Below, in pieces: positions 47,095 through 56,583 of a DNA stretch of 64,000 bases. Under the pieces are notes generated by a model. That model made no database searches and was not told where the DNA came from. It saw nothing but the letters and a program-made list of their open reading frames with translations. Location: positions 128,001 through 192,000 of the forward strand of contig JBBIPC010000002.1 of NCBI GenBank assembly GCA_037443035.1, written 5' to 3'. Source of the DNA: Chthonomonadales bacterium. GTDB lineage: Bacteria; Armatimonadota; Chthonomonadetes; Chthonomonadales; CAJBBX01. The position numbers were made by a program, and so were the translations under genes. Positions within the stretch are counted from its first letter, which is position 1, and each line of letters opens with the position of its first letter.

Positions 47095-49365
47095 ATGAAG
47101 CTCTTGCAGACCGAGATCAACATCGTCCCAGGCGTAGCAGCCCAACGCCAACCGCTGCCGGAGGGCATGGTAGGACAGGGTGCCACCGTTGTCCGCCTCA
47201 CCAATAACACCAGCCAGGAAAACGCCTACACCATTCGCCTGGGCTGCGACAATCCTTACTGGCAAGAGTCTTGGTACACGCTCGTCCCGTTGCCACCGTC
47301 CGGAGCGCCGGAGAACGCACCTCCGGCAGGGAAGCCGGACCAGGTCTCCCATAACGGGCGCGTGGCTACGCTGTTCATCACGCGAGGCGGCGAGCGGGAT
47401 GTCATGGTCGTCTTCAAGGTGCCCAAGGAGTACGATGCCCGCGCAGGTCTCTACGATCTCACTATTCAGGTCGAGACTCGCGTCACGGGACAGTCCGCGG
47501 GTCTCCGGCGCAAGGACAGATTCACCGAGTTACATGCCACCGCCATCATTCGGCCGTTCGAGCCGTTCGATCAGTGGCGAATGGAGCTTCAGCCGGAGAC
47601 CCGCAAGGTGGGATTCTTCCGCCGTTCTACCGAGTTCGAAGCGGTTCTTACTAACGAATGCAATGACTGGCTATACTGCGAGCTACGCGCTCCGCGGCCC
47701 AAGGATGTCCTCATCGAGACTCCGTCGCAGTATATCGCAGTCCCGCCCCCGGAGCCTGGGCAGGAACGCACAGTGCGAACAGTGCCATTTCGTGCAGCAA
47801 GCCGGATCCGCCCGTTCCGCGGGGAACGCGTGCCATTGTCAATTCCCCTGACAGCGGTCCGCATCGCAGCGCCCACCGTAGCTCCGCTGCCCGAAGAAGC
47901 GCTCTATACCCCAGGCAGCGCGAACTGCCATGCTGCCGTCGTTGCCACCGAGACACAAGAAACACGTGTGCCGCCAGTGGAGCAGGCGCTGACGTACTGC
48001 CCACTCTTCCCTGCGACTCTCAGCGGATGTCTTGGTGCAATCGCCCAGAATGCCAAAGGGCTGATCATGACACTCATCGGCCTGATCGTGGCCGCGAACC
48101 TGGCTGTATTCATGTTCGAGCAGATGTTCCGCCACAACATTATCGCCGAACCCTATCGCACGCAGGTGGCACCTGGCGGGGTACTGACGATCGGCGGACG
48201 CTGGGTAAAGGGATCCCGCGTATACATCAATGACGAGACGCAACCCGCCGAGCAGGTTGAACCGCCCGAAGAGAAGGGTCTGCGGAACTTCTTCGCTAAC
48301 GCCCTCAAGGCCGTGCAGCCGTCCCAGTTGCAGCTGATTGCCATCAAGGTACCGGAGACGTACGACGGTAAGAAGATCCGCATTACGGTGCAGCGCGCCG
48401 GAGCGTTGCCGTTCCTCGGCCCTCTTCTACCGAAGTACAAGTGCGGCTCTATGGTGCAAGTCGGTAATCCGCCACGGCCTCCAGCGCCTGCCAAGAAGGC
48501 CTTCGCGTTTGTCGCGCCGACGGTGGCCCCTGGGCAGCAGTTCGCCATCTCCGGCAGCTCACTGGGTACTTCCGGGCAGGTCTTGATGGGATCGGAACCT
48601 GCACGCGTGGTGCGGTGGACACCAACTCGCATCGTGGCGTCACCGCCGGCCAACTTACCGGTCAATGATGCAATACCAGTGAATGTCATACCGAAGGATC
48701 ATGACCCGATCCCGGCCGGCACCATCAAGATCGTCCAGCCAGGTGCGAGCGCCGCCGAGACGCCCTCAGGCACCGCGACGCCACCGACACAAGGAGCTTC
48801 GGGCGCGACCACTCCAACGCTTCCGCCGGTGAATAGGCCCGGACCGGGTACCGTCAGGCCGCCGGTGCGGCCTCCCAGCGTCCCCAGAGGAACTGCAGCG
48901 GCAGCAGCAGCCTACACAGCCCTGCTTCGTGGCGACCCTGGCCAGACGTCGGCGAACGTCAACCGCGCACTCCAGACCAATCCTAACGATCCGCTGGCAC
49001 TCGCGGTAAAGGGCTATGCACTTCTTCGGGATGAGAAACCCGGCGACGCGGCCAGCTCCATCAGCCAGGCTCTGCGTTTGACTGCCGGACAATCCGGACG
49101 CGCGCGATCCGTGGCATTGACGGCATCGGCATGGCTCTCGGAGATGCGCGAAGACCCCACGTCGGCCGAGAGGCAATACAGGGAAGCCCTTAAGGCCGAC
49201 CGTACCTGCACTTTGGCTGCCTATAGCTACGCGTACTACCTCCTCGACAACAACCGACGAGCGGAGGCCATGGAAGTTGTGCGGACTGCGTTGCGCAACA
49301 ACGGTTCAGAGGCCCGGTCGTCCTCCCGTTTCATGGATCTGGCAGGCCAACTCGGCATCCACTAG
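47095..49365 (+). CDS. Single-pass membrane protein: Ig-like domains, TM helix, IPT/TIG-like domains, C-terminal TPRs
   Basis: VRLTNNTS...ARAGLYDLTIQV; TM LIMTLIGLIVAANLAVFMF at 48061-48117; PGQQFAISGSSLG...VRWTPTRI; TPR-like ALQTNPNDPLALAVKG. Confidence 0.75.
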   Translation: MKLLQTEINIVPGVAAQRQPLPEGMVGQGATVVRLTNNTSQENAYTIRLGCDNPYWQESWYTLVPLPPSGAPENAPPAGKPDQVSHNGRVATLFITRGGERDVMVVFKVPKEYDARAGLYDLTIQVETRVTGQSAGLRRKDRFTELHATAIIRPFEPFDQWRMELQPETRKVGFFRRSTEFEAVLTNECNDWLYCELRAPRPKDVLIETPSQYIAVPPPEPGQERTVRTVPFRAASRIRPFRGERVPLSIPLTAVRIAAPTVAPLPEEALYTPGSANCHAAVVATETQETRVPPVEQALTYCPLFPATLSGCLGAIAQNAKGLIMTLIGLIVAANLAVFMFEQMFRHNIIAEPYRTQVAPGGVLTIGGRWVKGSRVYINDETQPAEQVEPPEEKGLRNFFANALKAVQPSQLQLIAIKVPETYDGKKIRITVQRAGALPFLGPLLPKYKCGSMVQVGNPPRPPAPAKKAFAFVAPTVAPGQQFAISGSSLGTSGQVLMGSEPARVVRWTPTRIVASPPANLPVNDAIPVNVIPKDHDPIPAGTIKIVQPGASAAETPSGTATPPTQGASGATTPTLPPVNRPGPGTVRPPVRPPSVPRGTAAAAAAYTALLRGDPGQTSANVNRALQTNPNDPLALAVKGYALLRDEKPGDAASSISQALRLTAGQSGRARSVALTASAWLSEMREDPTSAERQYREALKADRTCTLAAYSYAYYLLDNNRRAEAMEVVRTALRNNGSEARSSSRFMDLAGQLGIH

Positions 49366-49399
49366 GATCACTGATTACGGATCGCCGTACCGAACAAAC

Positions 49400-49430
49400 G
49401 CGGCCCGTTCCTCGCGGAGGAGCGGGCCGC
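49400..49430. terminator. Hairpin between the convergent CIS and Ig/caspase gene runs
   Basis: GCGGCCCGTTCCTC-GCG-GAGGAGCGGGCCGC, a 14-bp stem with one G:U, between stops at 49365 and 49456. Confidence 0.7.
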
Positions 49431-49455
49431 TTCGCTTGCCGGACGACCGGTACCG

Positions 49456-50247
49456 TTACTTCGTCTTGCTCATGAGGCGCTCGATCTCGGCCTTGTCGCT
49501 CGCGGTCAGGTTCTTCAAGGCCTTCGCCTGACCCAATACTGCCCGCGCCTGGTCGGTCTTGTTCTGGGAACAGTACAGCTCGGCCAACCGCAAGTATGGG
49601 ATGACATATTCAGGCGACATCTTGATAGCATCCTTGTAGCTTGCCTCGGCAGCCTCGAGGTCTCCGTTGCTATAGGCGTCGTCGCCCTCCTGTTTCATCT
49701 TGATGGCCGTCGCGCGCTTCTCCTCTGCTGACATCGCCGCCGATCCACCTTCAGAACCACGACGTCCCCAGCTCACCTGGCGCGGTTGGAACGTCTGCCG
49801 GATGCTCGAAACCAGTTGCCTGGCGAGTCCTGCAGGACTCAGGCCCCATTCGCGTGCGAAGCCCGCGTCCGCGGTTATGACGTAGACCGACCCGTCGGAT
49901 GCCTTGGGCAGGTCTGTCGTCTTCAGTCCTGCCACGGTCACGACGACTGCCTTCCCCGCCTTGCCTACCGATAGCCGCTTCCACCAGGCCGGATCCTGAC
50001 TGTGAACAGCACGCAAGCGATCCGCCACCGTCTGGGCGCGCTTGCCGACGGGCCAACCAGGCAGGGAGCTGACTACCTCTACCACGCGCGACCGACGGCC
50101 TGCCACCTGCATATCCACCACGCCAATCCGTTTCCCGCCAGGCGTGTTGACTTCATACGCGCGAAACTCCGGCTGTTGCGCGGCTGCAACCAGTCGTGCC
50201 GCCAGACATGCCGCGGATAGCACCAGCGCCTGGAGCTTTCTCTTCAT
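49456..50247 (-). CDS. Exported protein with C-terminal TPRs
   Basis: GAGGAGG RBS before ATG 50247; signal MKRKLQALVLSAACLAARLVAAA; TPR GDDAYSNGDLEAAEASYKDAIKMSPEY..PYLRLAELY. Confidence 0.8.
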   Translation of the reverse strand: MKRKLQALVLSAACLAARLVAAAQQPEFRAYEVNTPGGKRIGVVDMQVAGRRSRVVEVVSSLPGWPVGKRAQTVADRLRAVHSQDPAWWKRLSVGKAGKAVVVTVAGLKTTDLPKASDGSVYVITADAGFAREWGLSPAGLARQLVSSIRQTFQPRQVSWGRRGSEGGSAAMSAEEKRATAIKMKQEGDDAYSNGDLEAAEASYKDAIKMSPEYVIPYLRLAELYCSQNKTDQARAVLGQAKALKNLTASDKAEIERLMSKTK

Positions 50248-50421
50248 CCTGAGCCTCCTCCTATGGCGGACACCCCGCCTCTTCCGCGTTTGCGGACAAT
50301 GATCTGAACAACAACCACTCGCCCCGCGCTGCTGCAACGAGGCACACTCGTCTAGACGTTACCACTCCCTTGCTCTGTTCCCAATCTACAGCCGACTACC
50401 TTGCGTCGGCCTTCTGGCGGA

Positions 50422-52038
50422 CTACGCGACCTGTCCCGCCACCCACAGCGTACCCCCTTCTCCGCCGACAACACAACGAGGATAGATTCCAGGCAAGGAG
50501 AAGGTACGGCACGGGCCCTGAAGCGCGTCCAATACGACGATCGCGTTGGACGACCGGGCGGGCACGAAGATGCGTCCTTGCGTATCCACGTAGAGCTGGG
50601 CGCCGCCCACTCCGCGCACGACCCTCCGAACCACCGTGCCGTCGTCCACCCCGACCGCCTCGACAACTCCGTCGCCACCTTCCTCGTGGCATGTCACGAT
50701 AGTGCCATTGGGCAGAGCGGCGATGCCAGAATACGCGATGCCGCCACCCGACGGCTGATGCTCACCCAGAACCTCGCCGTCGCTGTTCAGCACTAGGATC
50801 CGTTCGTTACCAAAGCTCGCCACGGCCATAAGGACGAGACCACGGGGAGTGGTGCCGATCTGTGCAGCTCGTCCTGGCCAGAAACGCTCTACAGTGCGCC
50901 CACCTCGCCTAAATGCCAGCACCGCCTCGGTCAGCGGGCCCGATGACACCAGGAGGCGTCCCCGGCCGTCGAACGTTAGCGTCGTGGCGCCGCTGAGCCG
51001 TGTGAGTACGTCCGTCGCGCCGTAGAACGCGCCGACCTCCCTTCCGTCGGCAGTGTACTCCACTACCTCGGACGTATTCAGCCCCCTCTGCGGCAGGCCA
51101 TCGTTGACCACATAGATGTTGCCTGGAGTGAACCCTTCCCGAGCGGCAACGTCTGGCGCGATGCATAGAGACTGCGCCATGCGCAGGCGGTCACTGCCGA
51201 AGGCCCGGAGAATCTCTCCCTGAGGGGTGATCTGCACCACGATTCCCACCTGGGGGATGTCCGCCACGTCGTCACACCGCAGCGTCATGGCCGCGGCCAC
51301 GGCTGAGAGAGTGAGCAACAGGCCGAACTGGGCCAGCCGCCGAAAGGATGGTGCCCCCAGCACCCTCTCGTCGCGTCCCGCCTCGGCTAGGAATGCGTGG
51401 AGCACCGAGAAATCACGCAGGCTGCGGTTGCTGGCTTCCCTTACGAAACCCACCGCATCGAGGTCGAGATAGCCAAGTGCCACGGCCTTCGCCACAGCCT
51501 GGACGGTCTTCGAGACGCCGAGTCGTCGGTGGATCTTCTCCAGGTGCGTCGTAACGGTACGCGGCGATAGAAAGAGCCGCTCTGCAATATCCGTGTTGGA
51601 CAGTCCTTTGCTCGCTTCTCGAAGGATCTCGATCTGCCGTCGGGTGAGCAAGGGCTTGCCATCCTGGCCGAGGTACATAGCTCCCCGGCGCCGCGGGAAG
51701 AACCGGTTGAACAAGAGTGAGAGTGTCTCGCCATCACCCAGGGCGTCCGTCAGAGCAGCAGCCAATCGCCCTCGTCCAGGCACTTCGGCAAGGCGTGTGG
51801 CAGCATGACGCGCCACGTCTAGCATCCATCCGAAGTCGGTCTCCGCCGTGTATAATCGCGGCTGAGCCTCGGCATGCACCGCACGGTTCTTCGCCCGGTC
51901 GTGGGAGCGCATGGGTGCAGCCAGCTCTTCTCCGGCCAGAAGGAGGGCCGTGACCAGCGCAGCTTCCTGCTGCGGGATCACCGCAACCTGGTGGTCCTCA
52001 ATCGTATGGCTTGCACCTGCCTCTTGGGGTGCTTTCAC
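50422..52038 (-). CDS. LuxR-type HTH regulator fused to a C-terminal beta-propeller
   Basis: AGGAGG RBS; LTRRQIEIL...GLSNTDIAERLFLSPRTVTTHLEKIHRRLGV; hydrophobic FGLLLTLSAVAAAMTL; NHL-like blades (LTFDGRGRLLVS, LYVDTQGRIFV). Confidence 0.85.
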   Translation of the reverse strand: MKAPQEAGASHTIEDHQVAVIPQQEAALVTALLLAGEELAAPMRSHDRAKNRAVHAEAQPRLYTAETDFGWMLDVARHAATRLAEVPGRGRLAAALTDALGDGETLSLLFNRFFPRRRGAMYLGQDGKPLLTRRQIEILREASKGLSNTDIAERLFLSPRTVTTHLEKIHRRLGVSKTVQAVAKAVALGYLDLDAVGFVREASNRSLRDFSVLHAFLAEAGRDERVLGAPSFRRLAQFGLLLTLSAVAAAMTLRCDDVADIPQVGIVVQITPQGEILRAFGSDRLRMAQSLCIAPDVAAREGFTPGNIYVVNDGLPQRGLNTSEVVEYTADGREVGAFYGATDVLTRLSGATTLTFDGRGRLLVSSGPLTEAVLAFRRGGRTVERFWPGRAAQIGTTPRGLVLMAVASFGNERILVLNSDGEVLGEHQPSGGGIAYSGIAALPNGTIVTCHEEGGDGVVEAVGVDDGTVVRRVVRGVGGAQLYVDTQGRIFVPARSSNAIVVLDALQGPCRTFSLPGIYPRCVVGGEGGTLWVAGQVA

Positions 52039-52090
52039 ACGAGCTGCCTACACCTCCTGATACTGCACTAGTCTGAGGCTGGCAATGCTC

Positions 52091-55000
52091 CTACCATCTT
52101 GCGAACACGTAGTGCCACACACTGCGGCCATCGGTACTCGCGCTAGACTGCGCCGCAGGATAGACAACAGGGAGAGACTGCTCCCAGCCGCGAAGGTCGT
52201 TGGTCGGGCGCAGCGATTGCCTCTCGAAGTACGGTTTCTCTGCGCTTGCGACCGCCTTGTTCTTCTCCTGAGACTGGCCGACCAGCTGGGCCAGTATGGC
52301 ATTCGCCCGCGTAATGACGTCCGGCATGCGCACGGATGCAGGTGGCAGCTCGTCCAGCGCTTTCAGGAGTGCATAGGTGAAAAAGCCGTTCTTGAAGACC
52401 TCACCGTTGTACGATATGGCAAGTTTCGGGTCGTCGTCCAGGTTCTCGTTGGCTTGCTCGCCTTTGCGGCAGGAGAACAGCGCCGAACACAGGACGGCAC
52501 CGTCGTCGCTGGATAGGTCCGGAGGTGCGGCATCGAACGGCGCCTTCGTACCATTGCGGCACGCGTCGTACACACACATCACGGTGACAGGTGTGTCCTT
52601 CGAACCCCAGTTGACAAGGTTCTTGACACGCGTGGGCCACTCCCAGACGTAGACTCTTGCTGGTGCCGACGGATCGTCGTCCGCCATGATGAGGTGGTCC
52701 ACGTTCAACGCCGTGCGCGTGCCGAGGCTCGCGGTGACGTTCGTGCCGTGTCCCGCGAAGAAGATGAGGACATGTCGCGCCTTGCGCTGCTCGAGAACCT
52801 TCAGGAAGGTATCGAAGGCTGCGGCCACGACCTTGCTTGTCGCCAAGCCGAACCGCTGCCCTGGTCGCTTCGTCTCGGACAGATCGTTTGGCGTTGTGCT
52901 CTTGACGTTCTGGAGGCCGTTCGTGCGCATCTCCGGGGTGCCTGAGTCGTTGCGGCCAACGACGTACACGATATTCTCCGGCGCATAGCCACGTTCGATG
53001 AGCTTCGCACGGATGGACATGGCATCGTCGGCCGCATGCCGCAGGGGCAACGTGCGGAACTCACCGGTACCGTAGTAGTTGATTCCGACGACGAAGGCCA
53101 CGGCCCTGACCGCCACGCGGATCTTCACATCTGCACGCGCGGGTGCCTGGGATGCGTCATCTGAATCCCACAGCCGGACGCGGATGGTATACGCCCCAAC
53201 ACTTAGCCTTCCGTCTTCGATCTGCAACTTGCCGTCCAGAGGGGGTGGCTTGGGGGTTCGCTCAGTGCCCGGGACGACATTTCCTCGGCTGTCCACCACG
53301 TCCCAGGCGATGAGCTTGATGCCCTGCGGGTCGAACTCGACGATCGTGTCGGCATTCCGGCCGGCATCGTTGGCGTTGAACACCAGGGACCGCGATCCGG
53401 TACCGTCGTCACAGTAGACGAAATCCGGCTTCTTGAAGTTGAACGCTACGGCGGCAGCAGGAAGCTCGATCGTCAGTTCCTGCTGTGCTCGTAGGGTCTG
53501 TGTACCGAACGGCACCTCCGCGGTGACCGCGACTTTCCCCTGGCTTGCACGAAGACCAGCAAGTGGGAAGCGCCATTCTCCTCCAGTACGGCTGCCCTGC
53601 AGCGTCTGATCCCCGAACTTCACAGTTACAGTATCGGCCCATGTCTTCACGCGGACCGCAGCAGCATCTGCTAAGACATAGCCGCCTGCAGGTCGTTTCA
53701 CGAGACTCACGCCCTCCACAGTGAGTCCCGGTTCGATGGCCGTGGTCAGGTTCGCCTCGGCCTTCTTCACCGCCTCCAGCGCATCCGTTCCAGCAAGCGC
53801 CGCAACGTTGTCGGCGTATTGCCGCGCAGACGCGAGAGCAGCCTGTGCTCTTGCCAGTGCGTCCGGGGGTCGCTGATCTCGTGTAACGGCGCTGATGGCG
53901 GTGTTCGCCAGAGCAAGCAAGCGTTGCAGCTTCCGCTGACACATGGCACCTACCCACTTCGGCGGTGCAGCGCCTCCGCTCGATGTGCCGCTGCGTAGGA
54001 GATCCAGGTATCCAGCAAGCGGGGCGGACAACTGTGGCAGCGCCCCTGGCGACAGCGGCACAGTGATCGTCTTCGGTACGTCACCAGCGTTTGGATACGC
54101 AACCATGACGGTGACACGCACATTGGTCGCAGAAGGTGCAGGGACAGCGAGAAGGACTAGCTCCGCTCGTGCGTCGCTGCCGCTATGGGTCACCAGACCT
54201 TCGAGATTCTCCAGATCTATGTCGTCCATGCGAACTGCTTTGACACGGCGTCCGAGAACCAGCCCGGTGACATCGAGCCGGATTGCCGCGATTCCATCAC
54301 GATCAGCGAACACCGACGAAACCACAGCGACCTCGACAGGCGTCTTCTCCAGCTTCTGCTGAGCTTCCAGTGCTTCGCGCGCCTGCTGAGCTTCCCTGGC
54401 ACGCCGCTCGGCCTCTTCGCGCTCCTTCTGCTCCTTTGCGCGCTGAGCTGCCTCGCGTGCTTTGCGCTCTTCCTCAGCTCGCCGGAGACGCTCCTGTTCG
54501 GCTTGGATCTGCGCATCCAACTGAGCGATGCGGGCATCGAGATCTTCGCCACGACCTACAGCCTTGGCAAGGAGGCGGAGTCCACTGAGATATGCCTTGG
54601 CTTCGGAAGCCGCACCTTCGGGCGTCTGGCGCAACCGGTAGTCGTAGAGGTCGTCGAGCACTTGCCGTGCCTCCGCTGCGTGGGAAGGGTCGGTAAGCAC
54701 GCCGATGTAGGCCCGTTCGCCGGCAGCGAGATCTCCCCGAGCCAGCTCCCGCTGGTAGTCAGGCAGCCTTCCCAGGCGCGGATCCGACGGCTGGATGGTC
54801 TCGGGGGAGCTTGGCCATTGGACAACCACGGGATCCGATGGACGCACCGTCCTGGCCTGCACCGTAATGGACTGTGCACCGCCCGTCCATGGTATTAGGA
54901 ACACGCTACGGCTGCGGGCTTCGCTCGATCCGGCGATCGTCTCGACCGGAGTCACATCGGCTGGGTATTCGAAGCCGTTGATCATGACGCGCGGTATTAC

Positions 55001-56497
55001 GGAGCCAAAGTCCGATACAGTGACTTCGATGAGATGCACCAGCTCATGTGCCCGGAGCACGCGCGCAGTTACAAGTGGCGTCGTCTCGGACCGGACGGCA
55101 AGCTGCTCAGTCGCCACATCCTTCTGGCCACGGCGCACGCTAACGACGACCGGCGTCTCGGCATTCGGGGACACCAGGAATCTTGGAACCGTGAAGGTTC
55201 GGTCGCCGGCCGCGGTGACCTTCTCCTGCAGGACAACGCTATCCGAAGGGCCAGAGCCGACCGCCACTCGCACTTCATCGCCGCTCCGCAATCGTTGGAC
55301 GCTGAAACCAAGACCGGCTACTGCGACGTCCTGGATCACCATGGTTCGGCTTGCCATCACGATCGTGGGCTTGGGGATATTCCACAACGCGATGGTTCCG
55401 TCATACGTTACGGAGGCGTTCGTCAGTGGGTCGTCGAGAACGAGCTTGACCGAGATAGGCTCCGGCTTCTCCTCGAGGGAGACGCGCAGATCGAACTCAC
55501 TGAGTACGTTCTTCTGCGAGGCATTTGGCAGAGCCTGGCCCGTCGCAGCATCCACCACCTTCACGGTAACCGGCGCCAGGGTCTCCACCGCTCCTCGGAT
55601 GACCTTGACGCTACCTTCTGCCTGCCACTCTGGGCTCTCCACGACCATCCTGAACCTTGGCTTCCCGGCCTCTAGCTCCGCTGCCAAGACCGTACTCACA
55701 CTCTTGTCCAGGAGTTCCAGGTAGCCGCTCTTGCCCACGATGTCCTCGACATCCGGCTGAGCGGGAACGCGTGTGAACGCCGACGGAGGAAGCTTCCTCA
55801 GGCGGTCCAGATCAGCGATCTCCGCCGTGACGCTGACGGCTGCCACCTCCGTTTCTCCAGCCTTCTGAGCTAGCTCCAGCCCTAGTCTCCGGCGGGCAAG
55901 AGCCGCAGCGACTGCCATACGCCGCACGAAGGGGGAGTCGTAGACAGGATGGATCTGGCTCGCTTTGCGCTGTTTGGAGCTTGCACCCGGTTCGTCGCCT
56001 GCGCCATGCCATAGTGACTCGTAGACGGCTGTATAGTAGGCGTACTTGCGGGCCGAGTCTGTGGCCCGTTGCGCCGCCATCCAGGAGCAGTAGGCACGAG
56101 CCAGTGTCGGCAAGTACCCTCCGACAAGGGCGTCCCCTGAGATGGTGCCGCCAGGTGGAAGGATCTTGCCGCTGGCTGGCTCGTCGTAGCCCTGAATCAG
56201 TAGGCGTGCCATCTCCGCGTGCGCCGCGAACCGCCTTTCCGCCTCTTCGACGGAGATCGCCGAGCGGTTGTCGGCGTTGCGTGTTGTGAGCATGGCCTGC
56301 CGCAACGCGATCCATGCGTCGCGTACCTCCATGGGCGACGGACGGCTAGAGGGAGCTTGCTGGGCCACCGTTGGCCACGCGACAACGAACAGCAGCACAG
56401 CTACGCCTGCCGCTGCAGTGAAACCCTTGACTTGGCTTGCCGGCGATGCCAATCCAACGCTCCGTCTCACGGTGATCCTTCCATCGAGAACCATCAC
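52091..56497 (-). CDS. Large exported protein with C-terminal caspase-family (peptidase C14) domain
   Basis: Signal-like AAAGVAVLLFVVAWPTVAQQ; central coiled coil; C-terminal AFVVGINYY, LIFFAGHG, YDACRNG, SCRKGEQANE, GFFTYALLKAL. Confidence 0.88.
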   Translation of the reverse strand: MMVLDGRITVRRSVGLASPASQVKGFTAAAGVAVLLFVVAWPTVAQQAPSSRPSPMEVRDAWIALRQAMLTTRNADNRSAISVEEAERRFAAHAEMARLLIQGYDEPASGKILPPGGTISGDALVGGYLPTLARAYCSWMAAQRATDSARKYAYYTAVYESLWHGAGDEPGASSKQRKASQIHPVYDSPFVRRMAVAAALARRRLGLELAQKAGETEVAAVSVTAEIADLDRLRKLPPSAFTRVPAQPDVEDIVGKSGYLELLDKSVSTVLAAELEAGKPRFRMVVESPEWQAEGSVKVIRGAVETLAPVTVKVVDAATGQALPNASQKNVLSEFDLRVSLEEKPEPISVKLVLDDPLTNASVTYDGTIALWNIPKPTIVMASRTMVIQDVAVAGLGFSVQRLRSGDEVRVAVGSGPSDSVVLQEKVTAAGDRTFTVPRFLVSPNAETPVVVSVRRGQKDVATEQLAVRSETTPLVTARVLRAHELVHLIEVTVSDFGSVIPRVMINGFEYPADVTPVETIAGSSEARSRSVFLIPWTGGAQSITVQARTVRPSDPVVVQWPSSPETIQPSDPRLGRLPDYQRELARGDLAAGERAYIGVLTDPSHAAEARQVLDDLYDYRLRQTPEGAASEAKAYLSGLRLLAKAVGRGEDLDARIAQLDAQIQAEQERLRRAEEERKAREAAQRAKEQKEREEAERRAREAQQAREALEAQQKLEKTPVEVAVVSSVFADRDGIAAIRLDVTGLVLGRRVKAVRMDDIDLENLEGLVTHSGSDARAELVLLAVPAPSATNVRVTVMVAYPNAGDVPKTITVPLSPGALPQLSAPLAGYLDLLRSGTSSGGAAPPKWVGAMCQRKLQRLLALANTAISAVTRDQRPPDALARAQAALASARQYADNVAALAGTDALEAVKKAEANLTTAIEPGLTVEGVSLVKRPAGGYVLADAAAVRVKTWADTVTVKFGDQTLQGSRTGGEWRFPLAGLRASQGKVAVTAEVPFGTQTLRAQQELTIELPAAAVAFNFKKPDFVYCDDGTGSRSLVFNANDAGRNADTIVEFDPQGIKLIAWDVVDSRGNVVPGTERTPKPPPLDGKLQIEDGRLSVGAYTIRVRLWDSDDASQAPARADVKIRVAVRAVAFVVGINYYGTGEFRTLPLRHAADDAMSIRAKLIERGYAPENIVYVVGRNDSGTPEMRTNGLQNVKSTTPNDLSETKRPGQRFGLATSKVVAAAFDTFLKVLEQRKARHVLIFFAGHGTNVTASLGTRTALNVDHLIMADDDPSAPARVYVWEWPTRVKNLVNWGSKDTPVTVMCVYDACRNGTKAPFDAAPPDLSSDDGAVLCSALFSCRKGEQANENLDDDPKLAISYNGEVFKNGFFTYALLKALDELPPASVRMPDVITRANAILAQLVGQSQEKNKAVASAEKPYFERQSLRPTNDLRGWEQSLPVVYPAAQSSASTDGRSVWHYVFARW

Positions 56498-56583
56498 GCA
56501 TCATCGCCGGCGGCTTGCCGGCGATGATGCGCTACCGATCTACAGTTCTATACGGCTCGATGCTAGTGCAGAGCGCCTGCTTC

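Noticed and set aside
19688..49365. Canonical type VI secretion system
   Set aside because: Single-gene phage-type sheath and gp19-type tubes; no TssJ/L/M, TssK, TssA or ClpV recognisable
50350..50385. ECF-sigma-like promoter (GGAAC...CGTCTA, - strand) before the TPR gene
   Set aside because: The spacing looks too long for the usual consensus and there is no second example to support it
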